A stretch of 56,671 nt of DNA from a virus (taxonomy: Duplodnaviria > Caudoviricetes): the IMG/VR virus record IMGVR_UViG_3300014838_000024, positions 1 through 56,671 of that record. One strand, written 5' to 3'. How positions within the stretch are numbered: the first letter of the stretch is position 1; each line of letters begins with the position of its first letter. The notes below the pieces were generated by a model. The model saw only the letters and a program-made list of their open reading frames with translations. It was not told the origin of the DNA and searched no databases. This document shows positions 28,601 through 38,263 of the stretch, piece after piece. A program made the translations under genes and the position numbers.

Positions 28601-31600
28601 GCCGAGGGTGATGCTCCCTTTGGTTCAAAAGAAGAAGCCCACCAGGCGATCTTGGAAGTGGCTCATGACCCTGCGAAATACAATATCGAACCCGTCACCA
28701 CAGGCGAGGGGTTCATTGCCCACTTGAAGAACGAGTTCCAAGGCGAAGCGACAACCGGAACGAAGGATGTGCCGCCTGCGGCACAGGCTTCTGACGAGGG
28801 AGCGAAGCTTCCCACTGAGAGCGAACTCGCTAAAGCACATAAGTTTGAGGAAGGGCTTTCGAAGCTCACCCCTGACGAAGTGTGGGACAAATACAGCGCC
28901 TACCATGACAAGCATAACAATCGAGAACGCACTCCCTACGAGCAGCTGATCTGGGATGCTCTTGAGCGTGAGTACCTTCGTAGAAACCCTGAAGAAGCCA
29001 AGGTTTCCGAAGCGACACCCGATCGTTCTCTGGAGGTTGCGAAACCCAAGGCGGAGGCGTCTTCGCCGGAGCCGAAGGAGATTTTGAAAGCTCAAGAGAA
29101 AGTCGAGGGAGCTGAGGATCGAGCTAAACTATTTGAAGACACCAAACGCTCAGCGATCGCTGATGAATTGAGCGAGCTTTACGCCAAAGAAGACAAAAAA
29201 GGAAACATTCGCTCGAAGGCAGACGATGCTCGTATAAACGAGCTCGAAATGATGCACGAGGAGATGCTCCAAAACGACAAAGCCAAGGAGAAAACCAAGG
29301 ACGAGATCGAAGCCGAAGTCGAACCAATCAAAGAAGAAACCACTTCCAAGCCCACAACGACCGAGGACTTGTATCCTGATCTCGTTGGAACCAAGCAGGA
29401 AGATGGAAGCCCTCTCAAGAACTGGTTCCATGAAGCTTTTGAAGTGCCCAAGGACCACGAAGAGACGGGATCCAGGCTCCTGGGGCTCGAGAAGCCTTAT
29501 GAGGCTGTGCGCTACGCTCTGAGCTCTGACGAGCGCCTCAAAGAGTTCCTGGGCAAGGACAAGCGCCTTGCAGCACTCCCTTCCAATATTGCCCGAGCTT
29601 TCAAAGCGTATCTGGGTTTGGTTCCAGATATGCAAAAAATCATGGAAGATCGCTTAACAACCAAACTTGGGGATGTGAATGATCCAAAATCTCCTGGAGC
29701 AAACTTGCTCACAGGCAAGTCGAACCGTTGGGCTGAAACGAGAGTGTTTAATCTCGTTGAACAAAAGGAAGATGGCTCTTTCGCCTACAATAAGCAGCTG
29801 GCTGAACAGTCGATCATGGCTGGTCTTCATTGGCTTTTGGTATCAGATCGGTTCGCCTCCAAAATGGATGCCAATCTGGCTGGTGCGCTTACTGGAATCC
29901 CCTCAGACAAGGCTGACAGCTTCGTGGACCGGCTTGCTGTCGGACTCTCTCCACTTGAAGCAAAGCGTTCTCTTGCTGATCGGATCGTAAAGTTCTGGGG
30001 TCTCAAAGAGAACAAGAACGCTGATAACGGCCATACGCAGGGCATTGCCGAAGCCATGGCTGTTGAAGTGCTCAAAGCTCTGGAAGGGCTTTCGCTTCCC
30101 GATGAAGACGCTCCAAATGGGAGACAGGGCCTTCTAAAGGTCCAGAAGTTCTATGTTATGAGCGACGACTCACTCCAAACAGGGGATTACACGAAGACGC
30201 CCGGCACAAAAGTCGTAAGGTCGCTCCAGAGGATTATCTCGAACCTCGCAGTGGGTGATCTCCTTCATGCGGCTCCTTCATTGATTGAAGAAGCTGTGCT
30301 TAGAGAGCCTGAAGACAAGAACTATTATGGTGGCGACAAGATCAAGGTTCCCGACACTCAGATGAACAATCCGAGTGTGCGAAACACTCGTGCCGACAAA
30401 GAGCAAATCGAGAAGTCCAACGCTGAGCCGCACTACCTGAACACCCACATGCACGATCTCTATACAGCCATTGGAAACTCTGGGCTTCTGGATCTGTTTG
30501 GTGGTGGAAGCGACCTTCAAGAGCGTATCGAAAAAGGCACCATCAACAACGAGCACGCTTCCAGTTTGGATGGCAAGAACACAACTGTAAGGTCTGCCTG
30601 GGAAGCCCTCCAGAACCGTGTCTCCGAGATGAAAACGAGGCCCTTGGGTCTCGAGGAAGCGATCCATTACGCCAACAACATCAGTGCGATTGGTCGTTTG
30701 CAGCAATTGGGAGGCCAGACTCCTCAAGGGAGCAAGCTTATTCGTGCAGCAATTTTGCCGACTTGGAGCAACTTGGATCTTCGTGCAGGCGGCGAAGGAA
30801 AAGCAGACCATCTCAAATTTTGGACGATGGGTCTCGCTCAGGCGCTTGGTGTGAAGATCCACACACTCGATCCTTTCGACGCTCAAGGCACGTCTGGGAA
30901 CACGCTCAACGAGAAGGTGAACCACCTGATCGAGAACAGGTTCTCGAAGAGCATCGAAATGCTCCAGGACCATCTGAACAACAGCAATAAATTCTCGTCT
31001 CTGGATTTTGTGGATCAGCTCAAGAGCGACTTTGCTGGAGCCAAGGATGAAGGTGCTTCGCTCACTGAAAATGCTGTGCAAGCCCTCCTTGAGCACGCTC
31101 GTTGGCTCAATTCTTCAGATGAAGAGAAAGCCAACTTCAAGACTTCGCTTTATGTCGAAGCCGATGGTGTGACGAACGGTCTGGCCAACGCTATCCATTT
31201 GCTCTCCACAGGACGCTTTACGTCAGAAGAGTTCACTCGCTTGGCCAGAGCAGGGCACTTCTTTGATGGAACCAAAACCATGAACGAGCATCGTGCTCGA
31301 GATGGTGTGGATCTCTATGAGCAAGCGTCTGAGAGGCAACAAAAGCACCTCGACGACATGTATGATCGCTATGATCAGAAGAATCCAGACGTTACCAGGC
31401 AAATGGATAACGTGAACACGGTCTTGGGTCGTCTTGTGAAGGGTGTCAGGTTCGATCCCACCACTGGCGACGTAGACGTGAGCCGTGATGTCACCAAGAA
31501 CCCCGCTACAATCACAGTCTATGGTTCTGGACCTAAAGGCATTGCTTCCAAACTCACGGACAATCTGGTTCGAAAGCTCTATGAGAAGTTCTCAGACGCT

Positions 31601-34600
31601 GCTGAGATTCTCCATGACCATCCTGAAGCTGACATACATGAAGCTCTGATGGGTAAGGGCGCTACTGTTGACGACTTGAAAAAGTTTCAAGATGCCTTCA
31701 ATCAGCTTCTAACCCGAAAGACCGACAAGAATTTTGGCTCACTGTCTATGGTGAATACCGGCCATGAGCCAATCGACTTTTCAAAGTTCACTAAGAAAGA
31801 CTTTGTGGACTTTTCCTTGAGCAAAGCCGCCTTCGAAAACATCCAGACGAATGTCCACCACTTGTTTGTTGATCCAATGGTGAAGGGGATCAATGACACC
31901 GTAGGTAAACCGCTCCTTAACTCCAAGAAGGCTATCCAGAAGGCTTCTCAAGTTCAGTCAATAGTTCTCGAGCACCTATTCAAAGCCGCTGTTGCAAAGC
32001 TTCAAGCAGAGAAAGCCAAGGATCCGACCTACTCACCGACAGATGGTATCTCTCAAAACGAGACTGATGCGATCCAAAGAGAGCTTCTAAAGAAGTTCCC
32101 TATGATTGAGGCTCCTGGTCAGAGGTTCTTTCCGGTTGGAAGAGACACTTCGGATGTGAAGAACGTGACGAGCTCAGGGCTCGATGGTGCGTTCAAGACG
32201 AATGTACAAATTCATGGCCCTTCAGATGGTGGTGTGAAGGTTCTCGCCACGGTCAATGTGGGTATGGGTGATGGCAAGACCATGCAGACGGCCATCAACA
32301 AATATGGTGTCGGTGGTCTCCATGTGTTCGACGGAAATAATCTGGCTCTCGACAAAATCGCTGACGGTAGCCAAAAAATGAACCAGGCTGTCTCTGACGC
32401 TTGGCAGGGAAACTCGATCCGAGCTGTGCTGAAGAGTTTCGAAATTGCGAACTCCAATATTACAGCAGATATGTTTGATAAGAATCTAAATCTTCGCAGC
32501 AAAATTAGTGAAGTTCTCTTTGGTGAAGATTCGCACTTGGTAGATGGAGGCACGCTCAAAGCCGCTTTCGATACTCTCAGAGATACTCTCGGCGCTTTCG
32601 CTGACAGTGTGGACGATCGCCATCAAGTCATGCACGAGTTCGAGAGCCATATCGACAACATGGCAGGAGCCCAAGAATCTTATAAGAGCCCTGGTATTGC
32701 TCTCACTGGTTCACACGAAGACATTGCCAACAGAATGAACGCCCGTCTTGATGAGGTTCAACAAGAGAACACTAAGAAACGCAACCAAACCAAAGAAAAA
32801 GAGATCTCGCTCAAAAACGCCAAAGATCTCGAAGCCGTTATGGACAGCGTGGAATTCTCTCCCGAGCAAAATCTCATCATGCGTGAGGTCGATCGCTCTG
32901 GAGCTCTCAAGGACTACGCGATCAAGACTGGCGACTTTGATGGCGCTTCTGAAAACACGCAAGGCTTCATCGACGTAACCAACAAAGTGATCCACCTAAT
33001 CAGCCCCACGGCTGAGACGATCACTCACGAAGCGATCCATGCTGCGACCTTCAATAAGGTGCTTGCCCATTACGAAGGCCAAGACCTTGGCCCAAGGTCG
33101 AGAGAGATCCAAAAGGCAGTGGGCAATCTCGAAAAGCTGATGGATCAGTTCTTGAAACTGAACATCGCTGACGTGGGAGAAAACCAGCATTCCTACAGAG
33201 ACGCTGTGGCTGCGATCAACGAATATCGCAACGACGTTGATACACCTCTGAACAAAGCCCGTGCTCTCAATGAGTTTATGGCTTGGAGCTTGTCGAACCA
33301 AGGACTTGTAGACACCCTTAAAGGTGTGCCTGTTCATTTCTTGGTTCAAATGGCCAAGAATGTCTGGGAACAGATCAAAAATATCGTCTTTGGTTCGAAG
33401 CTTGATGTGTCGAAGGCTTACGCCCATGTGCTGTTTAATACGGCGATAATCGCTCGTGAACAGCCGACTGTGGCTGATCTGAACCGAAAGGTTATGCTCT
33501 TCCAGAACAGCACTTATGGCACTGACGCTCGTTTGAGTGGGTTCAACAAGACCTTCAGCGATATGTTCTCTCGCTTCCTCAAAGAAGACGACACGATTAA
33601 AACCAGAGCCACCGCTCTCGTAAAGAGCAACACAGATGCTGCTGATCTAATGGCCATGGCCAATGCTCAGGGCTTCTATATGGATCAACAAGCGAGAGGC
33701 GTCTTTACAAAGGTTGTGAGTGCTCTCGCTTCTAAAATGACGCTCGATCCCAATTCGCTGGTCGCTATAAGCGAGCTTTATCAGCACGTTTCGGAGAACT
33801 TGACTTCGGACATGCTCATGGATCCGAACATCGTTGATCAGCAACAAGCTGGAGAGCTCGCCAAACGCAAGTACGACATGCTCATGGGAAATGCTGGCTC
33901 TAGAAAAGACGCACAGGGACGCTCTTCCTTGATGCCGGTGTTCTTGGGTCTCTCGCTCGTGGACGATGGCCTTCGAGATGCTCTTCGTCAGATGGATCTT
34001 CCCAAGGGTGAAAAGCACTTGGGCGGCACCACGAACGATTGGCTGAGAAATACTGCAAACGACCAACTTCAAGGTATGAGCGAGATCTTCGCAGGGCAGG
34101 GCAAAGCCAAAAACGTCCAGGATGCGATCGACAATCTCACCAAACAAATTGGCAAGACAGCTTTAGATGCAAATTCTGCAATGGAGCAGCTCGCTCTCGC
34201 ACCCAATGCAGGGATCAACCGAGCCAACGAAATATTCGTGGATTTCGTGGGCCGTGTGGTTGACGTGGTGAGAGACCAAAACCAAAAAATTCAATCCGAC
34301 CCAACAAAAAGCAATTTCGTCAAGAAAGCTGCTGACATTGCTGAGTTCGTGGCGAACTTCGCCACTCAGGAAGGAGGCGAACGTATTGCTGAAGGTGTGA
34401 CGACCTTTATGAACAAACTCACCAACAAAAATTGGAGAGATGTCCAAGAGATCGTGTCTGAAATCACTGGACGCTCGCAGAGCAATGGTGGTCCCTACGA
34501 TTACATAAAGCTGGCGTCTACGATGATCGGCCAAGTGCGTCAGCAATATCGGGATCACTTCCCGGAACTTTTCAACGAGCAATTTAAGCGCAAACTCGAA

Positions 34601-36868
34601 AAGAACGAACAAAGCAACATGCACTTGAGCATGGGTAGAACCGATCTTGCGGCTCTCCTGAGCTCTGGATCACACTCTTCCAAAGACGTGCTCAATATGC
34701 TGCATGACGAGAGGGCTTCGAACAGGGAAATTCGTGTTCTCGAGACTTCTCTCAAGGCCCAGGATCCCCAGCATTTCGACAAGGTGCAAGCGAAAGCCCA
34801 GCAACTTGCTGATCACATGGTCAATCGCACCCAGGGCAAGAACCTGCTTCTTAATGCCCAGGCCGTGAGCGATCTCTTGCAGGAGAGCCCCCGTGTAAAT
34901 CGGGTCAAGCCCGACAAGGCTTATGTGGATAATGTGGACAGGCTGACGACGCTCTATGCGTTGAACAAGCTTCCCCCCGAAGTGAGAAAATCCATGAGAT
35001 CCTTGGTTCAATCTGAACCGGATGGCATGAACTTCGTGCTCAGTTACCTGAAGGGAAATCGTTCAGACGAAACCAAAAAAGCCACAGGCATGGCTCTCTA
35101 CAACTCGAGGAAAGGTTATATTCCCTCTGTGCAACAAGAGGGTGTGAGTCTTCGTGTCGCAAAAGACAGCGAAGCTGGTCCTTTGCTCGCTCAAAGCTAT
35201 GTTCGGATTGGAGACTATAAAGGCTCCAAAGCCGAAGAGAATTACAGCACCATGGGGTACTACTACGCACCTGTTTCGAACAGAGCCGGGTTCTCCCAGG
35301 GTATCATCCAAAACGCTGCTCACACCTCGGGTGGCGTAGAAGTAGCCACAGGCAAGTCTATGGGCCTCACTGGTGGGCGGATCACAAATCCGGCAGCTGT
35401 CGAGCGTATTTCCAAACAACTCGCCAGGGAAGGCTCCCAGACCACTGAGAACCTACAGCCTATTTTCAACGACAAGGGCAAGCTAGTCGCCTACGAGCGA
35501 AGCATTGATCCGACGCAACTTAGTGCTTTGAATCAAGACACTCACATGGGCCGCATGATTGGTGTCTGGCAGGGTCGTCAGGTCGAAGAAGGGCTTACCC
35601 AAGAGTTCAATAAAAGCTTCGTTGATGTGCTTCACGATAACTACAAGAACGCTTCCAAAGATGAGAAGCAGGGCTATGTTGATCTCAATGATCCAAAATC
35701 CTGGGGTAACGACAAAGTGAACTTGGACGCTCTGCATTTGATGACGCCTGAGACCAGGGAATACATCAAAGACAAGTTTGGCGAACAGTTCATGGTTCGT
35801 CGGGATCTTATCAATGATGCGATCGGCTATCGCAAAGCGACTATCGGAGACGCCTGGACAGGAAACTGTCGCTGGAGCGATGAGACCCAGGCGGGTGTGA
35901 GAAATCTTTGCATGAGTGTCTTTGGAAACAAGGCTTATGCTCAGATGGTCAATTCTGAGAACGATTGGAAATACCTCGTTCGAGAAGCCAAGACCAACAT
36001 CGTGGTGAAGAGCGTTATCGTGCCTTTGGCAAACTTCGCTTCCAACTTGTTGCAGCTGGCTTCTCGTGGTGTGCCAATGGCTCACATGGCGACGAGCATC
36101 CCCAAGAAGATCGCTGAGGCTGAGGCTTACCAAAAGGGACGTTTGGCCCTCATGAAAGCCGAAGGACAACTTCGTGCAGCCGAGGGAGCTCAGGACTTCA
36201 CTGCTCAGCTTAAACTCAAAAACAAGATTGAAGCGATCAACGACAGGTTCACACGTCTCTCGATATGGCCTTTGATCAAAGCAGGTGAGTTCGGTTCGAT
36301 CTCACATAGCGACATGTCGAAGGACGATCAGATGCTCACTGGTGGTCGGCTTCATGATTATGTGGATAAGCAGATCTCGAAGCTGCCTAAAGCCGTCCAG
36401 AACGCTGGGGACCTGGCGCTCATTGGCAAAGACACGGCTCTCTTCCAGGGTCTTGCGAAGTCTGTCGAGTATGGAGACTTCCTCGGCAAAGCGATCCAAT
36501 ACGATCACTATGTCAACAAGAAAGGCTTCACAGAGAAACAAGCTTTGGCCCGGATCACTGAGGAATACGTGAACTTCGATCGGCTTCCCGGCAGATCCCG
36601 TGGGTATCTCGATGAAATGGGCATGATGTGGTTCTTCAATTTCAAACTTCGAACCACGAAGGTTGCTCTCTCGATGCTCAGAGAGAACCCTCTTCAGGCT
36701 TTGATCGGGACAATGATGCCTGCTCACCAGCTGGGACTTGGAACGCCCTTTGCGGATAACATCGTCTCCAAGACTTTCGCTGGACATCTGGGGTATTCGC
36801 TTGGACCGGCCATGATGTTGCACTCGCCAATGCTGAACCCTCTTGCACATTTGCTCGGGAAGCTCTGA
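25604..36868 (+). CDS. Virion-encapsidated RNA polymerase (N4 gp50-like)
   Basis: 3754 aa with single-subunit RNAP motifs: IGRLQQ, LYVEADGVTNG (A), RDVTKNPATITVYG (B), HVFDG (C). C-terminal VEYGDFLGK..EEYVNFDRLPGRSR. Confidence 0.96.
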   Translation: MTDVSDLINTAANGPAPSVDAPAPPTNPGQEKLGALMKGLPQQKQQEVAATADAKRVALGGMPDEETFKSAAIARVTGAGVASANPIEHDFATMAWPDVEAKYGPEAASNLLHATTNYRNLSVGNRGTDGLISVRTKDLFKSAALGAGEMVGGIGALGLSGLDAIGRQVGADTHMGVWASKEIKDAADRIEGTESPYLRNLRKANQEKGELNTRDNAAQAEIDKANGDGEIVSGLKEIGRNALDSFGNVIENPTLLSDASAGALGSVVAGGPIAKGVGLTGKIIAPAVEKAATLGLGGVSKGMVALNEAGAPRAAQLLGDAASGVGKVGKYLPGEESIGVGAMFGGGSYQQTAANIASMDPEELKAKSPYFRELLAKGMSPEDAQAQVADKAGQMAGAIAAPAGMVAGALAKSVIKSPFTSESLPDAAYNVVKSTGEQALQGGAGQAANNVGEQQYADPNKDLTQGVGEAMGSSLAGGLGAGVVMAAPGAAVHTAGVAKDAVKASFNARLDKLAAANEAKNPSSDANISAASAAASEAMQDRTAHESLADAVIRAHTNDDITPENRAKDVSLADKITRLGVFSSKEVSSEGLDPELKTDLDGTTNRVDALLHMANSVNEHGADSIEGLSAARELNKFLGHYEDLINSDQRAFAAIDDHEPAGKLNNEFNVLADHLMSNPTIQKAMTKVRGLSEEAITKLVNPITEESLKSGKAQTDAENIAGLAAIVPENSNLDAINSVLKHATEGGDGKLHLSAEQHQALLAAWSLLTASKDSIDRQKKMGNKNQLNSVSSDVLSEPGKKGDTALSALAFTKRIFNNMRAGNVDAARQELRNFGMFTDHMANKSDAVNTHYTNGDGKSVPFKARNSETNEWYKSYAPIIHPKNAVSVELAQRINLEAKRTNDIYNNLTKAFPELKGKEKSVADLHPNLIGDSNAVAKAHSKNERVQPKTDKSVVPVEADAEGAPASIVPVGSSEAGSAQKDEAPALLKAPTVGKNYIAAEGDAPFGSKEEAHQAILEVAHDPAKYNIEPVTTGEGFIAHLKNEFQGEATTGTKDVPPAAQASDEGAKLPTESELAKAHKFEEGLSKLTPDEVWDKYSAYHDKHNNRERTPYEQLIWDALEREYLRRNPEEAKVSEATPDRSLEVAKPKAEASSPEPKEILKAQEKVEGAEDRAKLFEDTKRSAIADELSELYAKEDKKGNIRSKADDARINELEMMHEEMLQNDKAKEKTKDEIEAEVEPIKEETTSKPTTTEDLYPDLVGTKQEDGSPLKNWFHEAFEVPKDHEETGSRLLGLEKPYEAVRYALSSDERLKEFLGKDKRLAALPSNIARAFKAYLGLVPDMQKIMEDRLTTKLGDVNDPKSPGANLLTGKSNRWAETRVFNLVEQKEDGSFAYNKQLAEQSIMAGLHWLLVSDRFASKMDANLAGALTGIPSDKADSFVDRLAVGLSPLEAKRSLADRIVKFWGLKENKNADNGHTQGIAEAMAVEVLKALEGLSLPDEDAPNGRQGLLKVQKFYVMSDDSLQTGDYTKTPGTKVVRSLQRIISNLAVGDLLHAAPSLIEEAVLREPEDKNYYGGDKIKVPDTQMNNPSVRNTRADKEQIEKSNAEPHYLNTHMHDLYTAIGNSGLLDLFGGGSDLQERIEKGTINNEHASSLDGKNTTVRSAWEALQNRVSEMKTRPLGLEEAIHYANNISAIGRLQQLGGQTPQGSKLIRAAILPTWSNLDLRAGGEGKADHLKFWTMGLAQALGVKIHTLDPFDAQGTSGNTLNEKVNHLIENRFSKSIEMLQDHLNNSNKFSSLDFVDQLKSDFAGAKDEGASLTENAVQALLEHARWLNSSDEEKANFKTSLYVEADGVTNGLANAIHLLSTGRFTSEEFTRLARAGHFFDGTKTMNEHRARDGVDLYEQASERQQKHLDDMYDRYDQKNPDVTRQMDNVNTVLGRLVKGVRFDPTTGDVDVSRDVTKNPATITVYGSGPKGIASKLTDNLVRKLYEKFSDAAEILHDHPEADIHEALMGKGATVDDLKKFQDAFNQLLTRKTDKNFGSLSMVNTGHEPIDFSKFTKKDFVDFSLSKAAFENIQTNVHHLFVDPMVKGINDTVGKPLLNSKKAIQKASQVQSIVLEHLFKAAVAKLQAEKAKDPTYSPTDGISQNETDAIQRELLKKFPMIEAPGQRFFPVGRDTSDVKNVTSSGLDGAFKTNVQIHGPSDGGVKVLATVNVGMGDGKTMQTAINKYGVGGLHVFDGNNLALDKIADGSQKMNQAVSDAWQGNSIRAVLKSFEIANSNITADMFDKNLNLRSKISEVLFGEDSHLVDGGTLKAAFDTLRDTLGAFADSVDDRHQVMHEFESHIDNMAGAQESYKSPGIALTGSHEDIANRMNARLDEVQQENTKKRNQTKEKEISLKNAKDLEAVMDSVEFSPEQNLIMREVDRSGALKDYAIKTGDFDGASENTQGFIDVTNKVIHLISPTAETITHEAIHAATFNKVLAHYEGQDLGPRSREIQKAVGNLEKLMDQFLKLNIADVGENQHSYRDAVAAINEYRNDVDTPLNKARALNEFMAWSLSNQGLVDTLKGVPVHFLVQMAKNVWEQIKNIVFGSKLDVSKAYAHVLFNTAIIAREQPTVADLNRKVMLFQNSTYGTDARLSGFNKTFSDMFSRFLKEDDTIKTRATALVKSNTDAADLMAMANAQGFYMDQQARGVFTKVVSALASKMTLDPNSLVAISELYQHVSENLTSDMLMDPNIVDQQQAGELAKRKYDMLMGNAGSRKDAQGRSSLMPVFLGLSLVDDGLRDALRQMDLPKGEKHLGGTTNDWLRNTANDQLQGMSEIFAGQGKAKNVQDAIDNLTKQIGKTALDANSAMEQLALAPNAGINRANEIFVDFVGRVVDVVRDQNQKIQSDPTKSNFVKKAADIAEFVANFATQEGGERIAEGVTTFMNKLTNKNWRDVQEIVSEITGRSQSNGGPYDYIKLASTMIGQVRQQYRDHFPELFNEQFKRKLEKNEQSNMHLSMGRTDLAALLSSGSHSSKDVLNMLHDERASNREIRVLETSLKAQDPQHFDKVQAKAQQLADHMVNRTQGKNLLLNAQAVSDLLQESPRVNRVKPDKAYVDNVDRLTTLYALNKLPPEVRKSMRSLVQSEPDGMNFVLSYLKGNRSDETKKATGMALYNSRKGYIPSVQQEGVSLRVAKDSEAGPLLAQSYVRIGDYKGSKAEENYSTMGYYYAPVSNRAGFSQGIIQNAAHTSGGVEVATGKSMGLTGGRITNPAAVERISKQLAREGSQTTENLQPIFNDKGKLVAYERSIDPTQLSALNQDTHMGRMIGVWQGRQVEEGLTQEFNKSFVDVLHDNYKNASKDEKQGYVDLNDPKSWGNDKVNLDALHLMTPETREYIKDKFGEQFMVRRDLINDAIGYRKATIGDAWTGNCRWSDETQAGVRNLCMSVFGNKAYAQMVNSENDWKYLVREAKTNIVVKSVIVPLANFASNLLQLASRGVPMAHMATSIPKKIAEAEAYQKGRLALMKAEGQLRAAEGAQDFTAQLKLKNKIEAINDRFTRLSIWPLIKAGEFGSISHSDMSKDDQMLTGGRLHDYVDKQISKLPKAVQNAGDLALIGKDTALFQGLAKSVEYGDFLGKAIQYDHYVNKKGFTEKQALARITEEYVNFDRLPGRSRGYLDEMGMMWFFNFKLRTTKVALSMLRENPLQALIGTMMPAHQLGLGTPFADNIVSKTFAGHLGYSLGPAMMLHSPMLNPLAHLLGKL

Positions 36869-36882
36869 ACGGGTGCTGACAT

Positions 36883-36921
36883 AAAAAAAGGGAGACGATC
36901 TGTAAAGATCATCTCCCTTAA
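36883..36921. terminator. Terminator between convergent late and middle transcription units
   Basis: A7 tract, then AGGGAGACGATCT-GTAA-AGATCATCTCCCT. The U tract falls on the minus strand. Confidence 0.75.
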
Positions 36922-37042
36922 TACTGGCTTTGAGTCGTTGGCCAAAATCACAAGTCCGTGGGCTAGACCTTCCAGACTATGATCCTGCTGCTCTACCCTC
37001 AATTAAGCGTGTTCCTTGCAGTCAGTTCACGCACCAGTTCGC

Positions 37043-37564
37043 TCAAGCCTCGCCAACAATGCACCAATCATGGGCCAGCATGTCAGTTTGCGAAGCGAGC
37101 CAACCCATGAGGATCTCGCCAGTGGCGGTCTTCATGGTGATGCACGGCAGCACTTTGGCAGAGCCATACGGCTGTGTTCGTGCATATTCGGCATTGTTCT
37201 CCGACCAGAACTCCTGATCGGTGATTATTTTCCCTTTGAGATGCCCACTCAACGAAAGCCACATGTCCTTACCGTTCCAACCAGAGCGAGAGATTTTCTT
37301 GCCTGCCTGAAGCGCATGGAGAGCATGGCCGAAGCTCATATTCCCCGAGCTCTTGTAAGAGCTCTCGAACACGTCCTTGGGCGACCAAGAGACGTAACCT
37401 TCACGTCCTTCGATGTTTGGTTTGCCGCCGTCCATGTATTCGACGAGATAGCCTTCCTCATCCGGGTCTTCGCCCCTGGGCGGAACCCATCCTCGGAAGA
37501 TGTTGTAATCGCCTTTGGTCATCGGCTCGGCACCAAGCAATTTGGTCCCATAGTAAAGTTTCAT
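37043..37564 (-). CDS. Tad2/DUF2829-family anti-defence sponge-like protein fused to an additional N-terminal domain
   Basis: C-terminal MSFGHALHALQAGKKISRSGWNGKDMWL...CITMKTA...GWLASQTDMLAHDW. N-terminal YGTK..AEPM..GYLVEY..YVSWSPKDVFE. ATG 37564 has a GAGG RBS. Confidence 0.8.
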   Translation of the reverse strand: MKLYYGTKLLGAEPMTKGDYNIFRGWVPPRGEDPDEEGYLVEYMDGGKPNIEGREGYVSWSPKDVFESSYKSSGNMSFGHALHALQAGKKISRSGWNGKDMWLSLSGHLKGKIITDQEFWSENNAEYARTQPYGSAKVLPCITMKTATGEILMGWLASQTDMLAHDWCIVGEA

Positions 37565-37588
37565 TGATTTTCCTCTTGGTTCCCTCTT

Positions 37589-37620
37589 CAAAAGAAAACC
37601 CCCGAGATCACTCTCGGGGA
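37589..37620 (-). terminator. Possible minus-strand terminator
   Basis: CCCCGAGA-TCAC-TCTCGGGG preceded on the + strand by AAAAGAAAA. Confidence 0.55.
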
Positions 37621-37811
37621 CTCATTTTCGTTTTGGCCTTGGGCTCAGATGAGAAGTCTTCGTCACCCCAGAACTTAAAGAATATGAAGAAAAGTCCTGC
37701 GATAACAAAACCTCCCGCGAGGAAGGGTGCCAATGCGAGGATGATCGCAGTAAGGGCCAACACTGCGATCACAGATAGCACCCCGGAGATCAGAGTGCAG
37801 ATGCCTCGCAT
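37608..37811 (-). CDS. Small membrane protein
   Basis: 67 aa with a long hydrophobic segment; start overlaps the upstream stop. Confidence 0.65.
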   Translation of the reverse strand: MRGICTLISGVLSVIAVLALTAIILALAPFLAGGFVIAGLFFIFFKFWGDEDFSSEPKAKTKMSPRE

Positions 37812-38263
37812 TAGTTATTCTTCGGCTTGCCAAGACCCTTGAAGAGCGAACGACCCTGAGAGGCAGCAGCCTCAGCAGGTTGAGCAACACCGTCTCCCTG
37901 GGTTGCTTCGGCTGCAACCACAGTTTCAACCGAGGCAGTTTCCTCGAACGGAGCTTTCTCTTCCGGTTCCGGCTGTTCAACAACCGGAGCAGTGGTACGA
38001 GCCACAACAAACGGCTGCTGCCGAATCGGAAACTCCTCGACCTTAACCTCAGATCCCAAGAAGGGAGCCTTGTGTTCGGGCTTGATCGAGTTGATCGGCC
38101 TAATGTCGATCGTGGCCTTAAAGCCCTCACTACCACGAGTGGCAGAGATGTCGATGAGCATTTCCATGCCATCGTGGACCTTCATCTGACGACCAACATA
38201 GTCGCGGATGGCTTGTTCAATCTCGGACTGAACGATGGTGATTTGCACTGTTTTCCCCTTCAT
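37811..38263 (-). CDS. Conserved N4-like hypothetical protein
   Basis: QITIVQSEIEQAIRDYV...IDISATRG..ATIDI, then an acidic tail ending SLFKGL. Alternative GTG start at 38248. Confidence 0.7.
   Translation of the reverse strand: MKGKTVQITIVQSEIEQAIRDYVGRQMKVHDGMEMLIDISATRGSEGFKATIDIRPINSIKPEHKAPFLGSEVKVEEFPIRQQPFVVARTTAPVVEQPEPEEKAPFEETASVETVVAAEATQGDGVAQPAEAAASQGRSLFKGLGKPKNN

Noticed and set aside
36930-37567. Plus-strand ORFs opposite the Tad2-like gene
   Set aside because: No motifs, and the minus-strand ORF matches a known family with an RBS.
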